This document shows, piece by piece, positions 41,038-48,359 of a stretch of DNA of 51,509 nt. The stretch lies in IMG/VR virus record IMGVR_UViG_3300014025_000004; one strand, 5' to 3'. This DNA is from a virus. The notes below the pieces were generated by a model. The model worked only from the letters and a program-made list of their open reading frames with translations, was not told the origin of the DNA and made no database searches. The translations under genes were made by a program, and so were the position numbers. Position 1 is the first letter of the stretch, and the number at the start of each line of letters is the position of its first letter.

Positions 41038-41808
41038 TTAGTCGTTATCGGCTGCTTGTTCTCTTTTGCCTTTGCTTCTGTCTATATAGACATGGCAAAA
41101 TAGATGGTCAATCACAGCTTCTACTTTCATTATCTTTGCCGATAACAGTGTCATTGTATAAGGTTCAGGATTTTCCTTATCCTGCATATACTTATCAAAG
41201 AACGCAATACATAGAGGTTTGGTTTCCTCAGCATTGATAGCCTTTACTAAGAATTTATTACGAGTTGTATAACGCTCATATTTCATCTCCATCTCAGCAA
41301 TATAACAATTGACCTTTTCATCTTCTCCATTATCCTTGGTTAAGGTTACGATGTACAAATATTCTTGTTCTTTGAGGGATAACACTTCAAAATATCCTTG
41401 GTAGTGCTGTTCTATGTAGTCCGTGAGTATCTGCATAGCTACCTCTACACTATTAGCATATAGGAAGAATGTTTGTTTCTTTCCCATTACCTTTGCTACA
41501 GCTACCCATGTGGCAGCACATCCATTGACTAAGGTTGCTTGTCTTTGTATAGTACTGACTTTTACCTCAGTAATATCTCCACTTTGTAGGAAGAAATTAA
41601 TCTCCTCTAAGCTGTGATGGTCTAAGAGTGTCCCACGGTCAAAGATTATCTCTTTGCGTTCTATATTGACCAACTCCCCAGTGCTTTCATCTACGAAGTT
41701 CTCAGACCATTTTCGGTAGAGTGTCTCGGCTAAGTACTTATCCTTCATCTCAGATAGGTTGGAGGTTGTGATGATCTCCTCCTCAAAACGATTAACGGTT
41801 TCTTTCAT
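41038..41808 (-). CDS. Hypothetical protein (256 aa)
   Basis: ORF in an operon context. Confidence 0.55.
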   Translation of the reverse strand: MKETVNRFEEEIITTSNLSEMKDKYLAETLYRKWSENFVDESTGELVNIERKEIIFDRGTLLDHHSLEEINFFLQSGDITEVKVSTIQRQATLVNGCAATWVAVAKVMGKKQTFFLYANSVEVAMQILTDYIEQHYQGYFEVLSLKEQEYLYIVTLTKDNGEDEKVNCYIAEMEMKYERYTTRNKFLVKAINAEETKPLCIAFFDKYMQDKENPEPYTMTLLSAKIMKVEAVIDHLFCHVYIDRSKGKREQAADND

Positions 41809-41908
41809 TGCTTATTTTCTTTTAAATCTTGCTTATTTACTTTTTTGCATTGGTTTTTAGACAGTTAGAAATGATTTTTAACCTTGCTTAACGAGAGGTG
41901 AAAATTGC

Positions 41909-42352
41909 TTAATAATACCTCCCTTGTAAATTATTCACTTGTCTTTCTATTTCATTGAGAGAGATTAAATCATCAGGGGTTGGTAGGTATATACCCGCTT
42001 CCTTACTGGCATAGTCTCTGAAATTATCAATAGCGGTTGTCATTTCCTTTGTGTTTAAATCTGCTGTGCTCCTCCACGCTTCCCTTACCTCTCCAGTCTT
42101 GTAATTCACATATTCGGTTAGGAATATTTGCGGATTAACTAACTTCTTAAATATATCTTGTTTCACGTATTCTGGGGTCTCTCCATATTCCAATGCAAAC
42201 CACGAAAAAAGGAGATGAATGTAGTTGTTCTGTGAGTAGGTACGCTTAGGCTTCTTTTCAGTGATTTCAAAGGTCTTTTTCTTCTCAATAAGATACCCTA
42301 ACCGCTCCTTTGCTCTTTGTATATCAAACTCATTGCTTGCGTTGAAAATCAT
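41909..42352 (-). CDS. NinB/Orf-like recombination mediator (tentative)
   Basis: 147 aa. KRTYSQNNYIHLLFSWFALEYG resembles the NinB RS..QN motif region. Confidence 0.4.
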   Translation of the reverse strand: MIFNASNEFDIQRAKERLGYLIEKKKTFEITEKKPKRTYSQNNYIHLLFSWFALEYGETPEYVKQDIFKKLVNPQIFLTEYVNYKTGEVREAWRSTADLNTKEMTTAIDNFRDYASKEAGIYLPTPDDLISLNEIERQVNNLQGRYY

Positions 42353-42368
42353 ACTTTATTATCTTTGA

Positions 42369-42416
42369 AAGCAAGGCAGGACTCGAACCTGCTACTATCC
42401 CGATTGATACTTGCTT
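42369..42416 (-). ncRNA. tRNA-like minihelix element 1 (7-bp acceptor-like stem plus canonical T-arm; no D or anticodon arms)
   Basis: The minus strand reads AAGCAAG-TATCAATCGGGATAGTA-GCAGG-TTCGAGT-CCTGC-CTTGCTT. Confidence 0.5.
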
Positions 42417-42442
42417 TTTGGGTTACTAATTACCTAATATTA

Positions 42443-42616
42443 CTAGCGTTCTGCCGTATTTAATGGAGGATCGTCGTCATCATCTTCATTGTCTTTTAAT
42501 AATAGATAGAGGAATATAGCCGTTACCATGGCATGAGTAGCTTTGGTATAGTCCCTTAGAATTATCAAGCTAAGGACGTTAAGGGCTAACACCAGGATGA
42601 TCATTGCTTTTGTCAT
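42443..42616 (-). CDS. Small membrane protein (57 aa) missing from the ORF track
   Basis: ATGA overlap with the stop of the 182-aa gene. MTKAMIILVLALNVLSLIILRDYTKATHAMVTAIFLYLLLKDNEDDDDDPPLNTAER has two hydrophobic segments and an acidic tail. Confidence 0.45.
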   Translation of the reverse strand: MTKAMIILVLALNVLSLIILRDYTKATHAMVTAIFLYLLLKDNEDDDDDPPLNTAER

Positions 42617-43161
42617 AATAAAGGCTTTGCAATTTCTAATAGTTCTCTTTGGTCTTCAAAGAACGTGTTTCTGATTTCTACTGATTTGAAATAAAGCACC
42701 CGAAAATCTCCCATTAAACAATCTTTTACAAGTTCTCCATTCCTTGTAGTTATAATATGTACATAACTATTATTTTTGGGTTTCCAACCCTCATTGTAAT
42801 AGTCTCTAAGGATAACAAGTTTTCTAAGGGCTTCTAAAATATCTTTACTCATTAAATAGTTATTCCCTTTTTCATACTCTTTTCTTATCCATTCTTCAGC
42901 CTCCTCATACGTTGGTACAGGTGCTTTTTGCTCAAAGCCTTGTAATGTATAAGGTTTAGTGGAAAGTGTAGGAGTAGATTCTTTTCGGGTGGAAGCCCGT
43001 ATCCCTTGTTCTGTATATGGGATCTCATAGTCCAGACAATCAAATTGAACAATAACTCTTACACAATCTATTCTCTCTTCTACATCAACTACCTTACCTT
43101 CAGAGTCTGGGAATGAGACTGAATCGTAAACCTTCATTCCTTTTTTAAATACTGTTTTCAT
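42613..43161 (-). CDS. Hypothetical protein (182 aa)
   Basis: ORF in an operon context. Confidence 0.55.
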   Translation of the reverse strand: MKTVFKKGMKVYDSVSFPDSEGKVVDVEERIDCVRVIVQFDCLDYEIPYTEQGIRASTRKESTPTLSTKPYTLQGFEQKAPVPTYEEAEEWIRKEYEKGNNYLMSKDILEALRKLVILRDYYNEGWKPKNNSYVHIITTRNGELVKDCLMGDFRVLYFKSVEIRNTFFEDQRELLEIAKPLL

Positions 43162-43181
43162 GTTTCTTTATTTTTAAGTTA

Positions 43182-43646
43182 CTAAAAAGGTAATCCATCA
43201 TCTTCCTGTTTGTTGAGTATCGCAGGGTTCGGCTCTCTGCCGTGGTTATCAAACAGCTGCGGTTGTTGTACCTGCTGTGGTGCTCTCTGTGGAGGAGGTG
43301 CAGGCGCTGCTTGTGTTACTGGTTGCTGTGGTGCCTGCTGTACTGGCTGCTGATTGGCTACATTAGTAGTCTGTACAAGCTCAATTTTCCAACCTTCTAT
43401 GGTGTTAAAGTATTTAATCTCTCCTTGTGGGCTTGTCCATTCTCGCCCGCGGATATTTACATACACTTTCACTCTTTGTCCCACTTGCAAGCTGTCTAAT
43501 AAGTCGCAACGCTGCTGTGTAAATTGAATGATGATCGTTTGCGGGTAATTTTCCTCCGTTACTATCACCAAATCCCTTTTCTCAAAGCCATTTTGCCCCA
43601 TTGTTTGAGAGGGGAATATCTGTTTTACGCGTCCTTGTATTTCCAT
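43182..43646 (-). CDS. SSB-like OB-fold protein (DUF3127-type) with an SSB acidic tip
   Basis: 154 aa. A Pro/Gln-rich linker and a C-terminal DDGLPF, as in the bacterial SSB tails D-D-D-I-P-F. Confidence 0.6.
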   Translation of the reverse strand: MEIQGRVKQIFPSQTMGQNGFEKRDLVIVTEENYPQTIIIQFTQQRCDLLDSLQVGQRVKVYVNIRGREWTSPQGEIKYFNTIEGWKIELVQTTNVANQQPVQQAPQQPVTQAAPAPPPQRAPQQVQQPQLFDNHGREPNPAILNKQEDDGLPF

Positions 43647-43652
43647 TATTTC

Positions 43653-43952
43653 TTATTTTTTAATCCCTATAAATTCACAATTAGTCTTTTTAGCAAAATC
43701 TTCATATTCATAGAACAAATCTCTAAGACTACCATATTCCCCCATAACTCCATCTGAAACATTTCGCTCAAAAGAAGCACTCTCCTGTAAGTCTTCCAAT
43801 ATGCTATCAAGATAATATATCTTATGTTCTTCTGTTTCAGCGGCCATTACTATTTCTTCATAAGCCTCTAAGAAATCTTTCATTTTATTAGATATTTCTA
43901 CTGGAAAGAATTCCTCTTCCACATCTTTTAATTTAAAAATGTATTTTTTCAT
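43653..43952 (-). CDS. Hypothetical protein (99 aa)
   Basis: ORF in an operon context. Confidence 0.5.
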   Translation of the reverse strand: MKKYIFKLKDVEEEFFPVEISNKMKDFLEAYEEIVMAAETEEHKIYYLDSILEDLQESASFERNVSDGVMGEYGSLRDLFYEYEDFAKKTNCEFIGIKK

Positions 43953-43965
43953 ATTTTCTTCAATT

Positions 43966-44601
43966 TTACTTATAAAAACTTCTACTTTTATGCAGCTCTA
44001 ACACCTCGCTGCTTTCCTTTCTGTTTGCATCAATAAACGCCCTTGCTTGCTGTATGCTAAGGTGTGTATTGATATTGCCGTAAGCGTGGGTATATTCACC
44101 ATTGGCTCGTGCTTCCTCAATCGCTTGTTGTATGTACTCCTCACAATAGTTATGCTCAATAGCATAGAGGTCATACCCTTTGGCTGTGATACCTTCCAAA
44201 TGTACTGTATCGGTAGCGTGGAATATCTTTTGTCCGTTTGGTAGGAATATTCTCCAACCGAAATTTGGCACGTCGTGATACAGCTTAATAGGTGATACCT
44301 TGAACGCTCCGTAATCGTATATTTTACCTACTTGCAATACATCTATATTCTTTATACATGGCAACTCCTCTAAGAGAAAATCACCGCAAGCCACCCGCAA
44401 GGTTGGTCTTTCAGCTTGTAACCGCTGCAAGGTGCGTATTTTTAAGTGATCGCTATGCTTGTGGGTTAGGAGTACAATTTTCAAAGAACGTTTGACTTCT
44501 TGTAAGGCTTTGAGAGAAACGCCGCAATCTACCATTATTGCATTGTTGTATATCACGGCGTTGCCCTCGCTACCTGAACTAATGACTTTTGCTATTCCCA
44601 T
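43966..44601 (-). CDS. Metallo-beta-lactamase-fold hydrolase (possible nuclease partner of RecT)
   Basis: 211 aa. VLLTHKHSDHL gives the H-x-H-x-D-H motif. Confidence 0.75.
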   Translation of the reverse strand: MGIAKVISSGSEGNAVIYNNAIMVDCGVSLKALQEVKRSLKIVLLTHKHSDHLKIRTLQRLQAERPTLRVACGDFLLEELPCIKNIDVLQVGKIYDYGAFKVSPIKLYHDVPNFGWRIFLPNGQKIFHATDTVHLEGITAKGYDLYAIEHNYCEEYIQQAIEEARANGEYTHAYGNINTHLSIQQARAFIDANRKESSEVLELHKSRSFYK

Positions 44602-44810
44602 TTGTTGTCTGTTAGGTTATATACCCCTCGTGGAAAGTATCTCATTTCAGGGCGTTCATCATATTCAAAAGCCCACTCTAAGCCAAAGTATTCAATCATT
44701 ACATCTCTTGGATTTTCGGCTGTTATCTTAATCACACAATCACGGTCTAAGGTTTGTCCATTAAAGCGATATATGTGCGATTGTCCAAGGGTAAAATAAC
44801 TTGTTCTCAT
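44592..44810 (-). CDS. Hypothetical protein (72 aa)
   Basis: ORF in an operon context. Confidence 0.45.
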   Translation of the reverse strand: MRTSYFTLGQSHIYRFNGQTLDRDCVIKITAENPRDVMIEYFGLEWAFEYDERPEMRYFPRGVYNLTDNKWE

Positions 44811-44812
44811 AC

Positions 44813-45679
44813 TTACAAGGTTTTAAAATCTACTTGTTTAGGACTTTCCGAAGGGGCAGGAGCAGGTGTAGGAGCTACTGGTTCTTCTTGGGCTACAACC
44901 TCAGTAGGTTCATTTTGTTCTACGATAACAGCATCTTGTACATACCTACCTGTTTGCGGATTATCTATATAACGCCCCTCACTGTCTGCTTGGTCTTTCT
45001 CTATAGCATTCTGCATCTCTACTGATAACACCCCGTAGCGATTAAGTAGGAGCTTGAGTACTGTTTTCTTTGCCATGGCATCAAATTCATTTCTCCATAC
45101 GCCTTTAAGCTCCCCCGTCTTTTTATCCATGCCACTCTGTGAGTACTTGCTTACGTGTTCTTGCACTTGCTCAAGGCTCATATATAGTGATTGCTGAAAG
45201 CCGTTTTGTAGCTCAATGTATGCCAAATAACCTATAACTTTGCCTTCAGGGTTTTCTCCAAGAAATTCAGTGTGTCCAGTGAATTTATTACGCTTAATCT
45301 CTCCTTCTCGCACCTCGCAAGTGTTAATCGTTCTGTATTGACCGCTGCGGATTGCCAACTGTATAAAGCCTTTATATCCCATTTGAAATTGAGGATGTAC
45401 TTCTTGTGTTTTCCAATCCTTGTAAGCGATAACATACGCATACCCCAAGTTCTTGTTAAGTGGCAGATTTAGGGCTGTGGCATTCAAGGCACACTTCATA
45501 AGCTCTGTATTATCACATTGCAATAGCTCTTTGTTGCTGTCTGAAAGGGCTAAGAGGTTAGATACAAATTCTGATTTTCTTGACCCTAATGTCTTTGTTA
45601 GGAAATCGGCTGTGTTAGCTTGATTGAGGAAGTTTCCTAATGTTAATTTCTTCTCTGTAGTGGTGATTGTTGTACTCAT
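44813..45679 (-). CDS. recT: RecT-family single-strand annealing protein
   Basis: 288 aa. GYAYVIAYK...QFQMGYKGFIQLAIRSGQY. Confidence 0.8.
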   Translation of the reverse strand: MSTTITTTEKKLTLGNFLNQANTADFLTKTLGSRKSEFVSNLLALSDSNKELLQCDNTELMKCALNATALNLPLNKNLGYAYVIAYKDWKTQEVHPQFQMGYKGFIQLAIRSGQYRTINTCEVREGEIKRNKFTGHTEFLGENPEGKVIGYLAYIELQNGFQQSLYMSLEQVQEHVSKYSQSGMDKKTGELKGVWRNEFDAMAKKTVLKLLLNRYGVLSVEMQNAIEKDQADSEGRYIDNPQTGRYVQDAVIVEQNEPTEVVAQEEPVAPTPAPAPSESPKQVDFKTL

Positions 45680-46575
45680 TTTGAATTGTATTTAATGTTA
45701 TTCGTTTCTAAGAATTGGCGCAATGCTCTAAGTTGCGCCCTTGTACCTATTACCTCAAGTGTAAAGTGTAGTATTTCTTCTTGAGGTGCTGGAGCAGGTA
45801 CTTCTTGAGGAGGGGCGGGTGCTTCTTGAATTGTTGGAGCTGGTACTTCTTCAGGTGCTTGTAGTGGTGCCACTTCTTTTGCCCTTGCCTCGGCTGCTAA
45901 CCTTGCTTGCTCGGCTCGTGCTTTTTGCGCTTCAAGTCTCTGTAACTCGGCTTCTCGTTGCTGCTTTCGATACTTTGCATTATTTATCGCAATCATTACA
46001 TCAAGGGTCTGCTTGTAGTCTGCGAGGACTTCAGCCTTATATTCGTCGGGGTCTGTTAGGCTCTCAATAAATTTAAGGCTCTTAACCACGTTTTCAATAT
46101 TGGTATTTACAAAGTCTTTCAAACTCTTTTCTGAATCACTCAAACCTATCTTTAAACCAAGCCTTTCAAAAGGTAGGAAGTCAATATTGTTAGCTTGGCA
46201 GAGTTCTGTAAAATAAGCCCTGATACGTGCTTCTTTGTCTGCTTTTAGCTTTCTGTCAAACTCATCAATTTTCACCTTAAGAATGCCGTCGGCTTTCTCA
46301 TATTTTACCTTGATAAAGGTGTTATATGCCTTCTCAAATGCTTCGTAAGGAGCCACTACTTGCTCTTTGATACGCTTGCGCTGCTCTTCAAAGTCTTTCA
46401 ACTCTTTATTGAGCATTGCCCTGGTGTCCTTAACAGCCTTCTTGGTGTCCTCGGTTACGAGTTGCTTATCCAAGTCAAGCGCTGCGATACGCTTGTCAAT
46501 TTCTTGCCCCACGCTTTCCAATCGCTCATAGACGATCACGGGGAGTTGTTGTACGGTGATTAAATTCTCATTCAT
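45676..46575 (-). CDS. DUF1351-like coiled-coil phage protein
   Basis: 299 aa. N-terminus ITVQQLPVIVYERLESVGQEIDKRI, and position upstream of recT. Confidence 0.45.
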   Translation of the reverse strand: MNENLITVQQLPVIVYERLESVGQEIDKRIAALDLDKQLVTEDTKKAVKDTRAMLNKELKDFEEQRKRIKEQVVAPYEAFEKAYNTFIKVKYEKADGILKVKIDEFDRKLKADKEARIRAYFTELCQANNIDFLPFERLGLKIGLSDSEKSLKDFVNTNIENVVKSLKFIESLTDPDEYKAEVLADYKQTLDVMIAINNAKYRKQQREAELQRLEAQKARAEQARLAAEARAKEVAPLQAPEEVPAPTIQEAPAPPQEVPAPAPQEEILHFTLEVIGTRAQLRALRQFLETNNIKYNSK

Positions 46576-46598
46576 TTTTAATAAATTTTATTTGTTAC

Positions 46599-46850
46599 TT
46601 ATTCTTCGTATTGGCTTAGTCTCTCACGAAATTCAGCCGCTATATTCTGCCTTGCTACGTCAATGTAATTGATATAGTCGTTAATCGGCACTTCACGGGT
46701 TACTTGGCTATCAATAGGGAGTGCTAAAAACCCTATCACTCTATCACTATCAGCCCCAAAGCCCCATATATGGTGCTCGTCTATTCTGTCAATCTGGATG
46801 AGCCAATCGCCTATTTCATAGCATTTGCCTTTTTCTACGGTTGTTTTCAT
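46599..46850 (-). CDS. Hypothetical protein (83 aa)
   Basis: ORF in an operon context. Confidence 0.45.
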   Translation of the reverse strand: MKTTVEKGKCYEIGDWLIQIDRIDEHHIWGFGADSDRVIGFLALPIDSQVTREVPINDYINYIDVARQNIAAEFRERLSQYEE

Positions 46851-47074
46851 TGCTTTTGTTTTTTATCGTTTTTAATTAGCTGGAGGACTTCACCATCGTA
46901 CAGCCCATAGCAATCATTGCTGAACCTTACCTTGACTATCTCAAGCCCTTCGTTATTGACTATCTCTACAATCACCCCTACTTTGCCCTTTTGGTTTGCA
47001 GGGTCTTTTGGGATAAAGGGATTAACCCTTACTAAATCACCTATTTTCATATTACCATGTATAAGAAGTTGCAT
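46847..47074 (-). CDS. Hypothetical small protein (75 aa, or 67 aa from the ATG at 47050)
   Basis: ORF. The alternative start MKIGDLVRV lies just after the upstream stop. Confidence 0.45.
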   Translation of the reverse strand: MQLLIHGNMKIGDLVRVNPFIPKDPANQKGKVGVIVEIVNNEGLEIVKVRFSNDCYGLYDGEVLQLIKNDKKQKQ

Positions 47075-47429
47075 AATCGGGGTGTATATCAGTATCTTTG
47101 AACTGAAACTCTTTATTAGCTCGGTTGGTGAGTACCGTTGTTAATACGTTTTCTTGCATCTCAGTAGCCTTAACCTCTTGGAAGTTGATGTATATATGCT
47201 GTATCTCTACATTGTGGCAGCTTGCATTATTACTGCCCTCGCAATGAGTGGTTACATCATAATATATTGCGCAGTACCAATCATCAGGGTAATCGTCTTC
47301 TGTGATAAATTCGCAGCTGAAAGACCTGTTATCATCTTCTCGCAAGTCCAATAAATCGCTGTAATAATAGTGCTGCTTGCGTTCTTCATTGAGCACACGC
47401 TCAAATTCGGTATTAGTCATTGTTCTCAT
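47052..47429 (-). CDS. Hypothetical protein (125 aa)
   Basis: ORF in an operon context. Confidence 0.5.
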   Translation of the reverse strand: MRTMTNTEFERVLNEERKQHYYYSDLLDLREDDNRSFSCEFITEDDYPDDWYCAIYYDVTTHCEGSNNASCHNVEIQHIYINFQEVKATEMQENVLTTVLTNRANKEFQFKDTDIHPDYATSYTW

Positions 47430-47653
47430 CGTAGTACGTATTTAAGTTGATTTTCAGTAAGGAGCTTGTGGAGATGGTCTCTACATTCTTGAGGTATCAA
47501 GCAGTCATTATATTGATCTTTCTGCTCGTGATTTAGCTCACTGTAACGGCGCTTTTTGTAGCACAAGTAGCCGTTAATCACTTGTAGTTCTGTATCTTGC
47601 ACTTTTTTTGCTTTTCGCTTGCAAGAGAATAATTTTTGTAGTAATTTTGCCAT
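47426..47653 (-). CDS. Hypothetical basic protein (75 aa from the internal Met MAKLLQ)
   Basis: The longer ORF-track start (47776) would overlap the upstream gene by 71 nt and run through a terminator hairpin. Confidence 0.45.
   Translation of the reverse strand: MAKLLQKLFSCKRKAKKVQDTELQVINGYLCYKKRRYSELNHEQKDQYNDCLIPQECRDHLHKLLTENQLKYVLR
47619..47649 (+). promoter_or_regulatory. Plus-strand promoter TTG-N20-TAATTTTG inside the minus-strand early operon
   Basis: TTG at 47619-47621 and TAATTTTG at 47642-47649. Confidence 0.5.
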
Positions 47654-47654
47654 G

Positions 47655-47707
47655 TTAAAAATTTTGTTTGTTATACCACGGCCTCGCAATCTTGCGGGGC
47701 TTTTTTT
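47655..47707 (+). ncRNA. Candidate antisense small RNA (about 50 nt) ending in a strong intrinsic terminator
   Basis: GC-rich hairpin gcctcgc-aatctt-gcggggc at 47681-47700 followed by T7. It is complementary to the leader immediately upstream of the ATG at 47653. Confidence 0.45.
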
Positions 47708-47948
47708 ATAAATCGCTGTTTTGTCTTGCTCTTTCAAGTTCAGCGTAAAACTTACCCGTGTAATCTGAAATATCAACGGTTTCTTTTAGTTTTAGTGAAG
47801 ACTTGCCCCCTTCCACAAGGGCAAGTTCTTCGTTAAGGCTAATAATCTCGCTTGCCAATATTCTAACAGTACCCTCTAAGAATAACTTTAGGTCGGTTAC
47901 ACGCTCTAATTTTCTTTTTAGATGTCCTTTCAGCTCGGTATTATTCAT
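47706..47948 (-). CDS. Hypothetical coiled-coil protein (80 aa)
   Basis: ORF in an operon context. Confidence 0.45.
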   Translation of the reverse strand: MNNTELKGHLKRKLERVTDLKLFLEGTVRILASEIISLNEELALVEGGKSSLKLKETVDISDYTGKFYAELERARQNSDL

Positions 47949-47954
47949 GATTAA

Positions 47955-48185
47955 TTATTCTACTTTTACATCTTCTGTTGAATATCCATAACTCTCATAC
48001 AAAGGCATTAGTCTTACATTGAGTAATGTATCACTTCTACGCCTTGCAGAATTTTGTACAGCTATCTGTGTCTTATCCATTTCAAGGGCTATTTGAAGGC
48101 TTAACTTATTATTAGATAGTATCTCTTCTGCGATAGCCTCAGAGAGCTTGCCCGTAACTTTGTGCCTTTTTTTTACTTTATTCAT
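47955..48185 (-). CDS. First early gene, small HTH-like protein (Cro-position)
   Basis: 76 aa. LSLQIALEMDKTQIAVQNSARRRS. It is the first gene downstream of the leftward immunity-region promoter. Confidence 0.4.
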   Translation of the reverse strand: MNKVKKRHKVTGKLSEAIAEEILSNNKLSLQIALEMDKTQIAVQNSARRRSDTLLNVRLMPLYESYGYSTEDVKVE

Positions 48186-48214
48186 TGTTGTTTACATTTT
48201 TATTATTATCTTTG
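48185..48214 (+). promoter_or_regulatory. Rightward (lysogenic) promoter TTG-N19-TATCTTTG
   Basis: TTG at 48185-48187 and TATCTTTG at 48207-48214. Confidence 0.5.
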
Positions 48215-48257
48215 TATCGTAAAAATGTAGAACATTTGTTGTTACATTTCGACAGTG

Positions 48258-48288
48258 CAAAATTAGAACATTTCTCTGTAAAAACAAA
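48258..48288 (-). promoter_or_regulatory. Leftward (early lytic) promoter TTTG-N19-TAATTTTG
   Basis: The minus strand reads TTTGtttttacagagaaatgttcTAATTTTGCACTGTC. It lies to the right of the rightward promoter, so the two face each other. Confidence 0.55.
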
Positions 48289-48359
48289 ATGTTTTACAGA
48301 AAATTTCTCTGTGATTAGTGTTAAAGTTTATAAGTGATTGATTTTTAAATAATTGTAAA

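Noticed and set aside
40909-41103. 64-aa plus-strand ORF in the GC-rich gap after the helicase gene
   Set aside because: It lies opposite to every neighbouring gene and overlaps the 3' end of the 256-aa gene. The region is better explained by the hairpins and tRNA-like structure on the minus strand.
42369-42455. Possible full-length phage tRNA gene
   Set aside because: The only complement to the 3' acceptor strand lies 17 nt upstream of the T-arm. No D-arm or anticodon arm can be drawn, and the small hairpin loop lacks U33. It is therefore reported as a tRNA-like minihelix.
47681-47707. Hairpin plus T7 considered as a terminator of the minus-strand early operon
   Set aside because: The T-run follows the hairpin only on the plus strand. 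On the minus strand the hairpin is preceded by the A-run and followed by non-U sequence, so it cannot act as an intrinsic terminator for the early operon.
47654-47776. N-terminal extension of the 116-aa ORF containing a GRGIT motif similar to the LKGRGITKSE paralogs
   Set aside because: The extension overlaps the upstream gene by 71 nt and coincides with the terminator hairpin. The similarity is limited to 5 residues without the rest of the domain. The internal start at 47653 is preferred.
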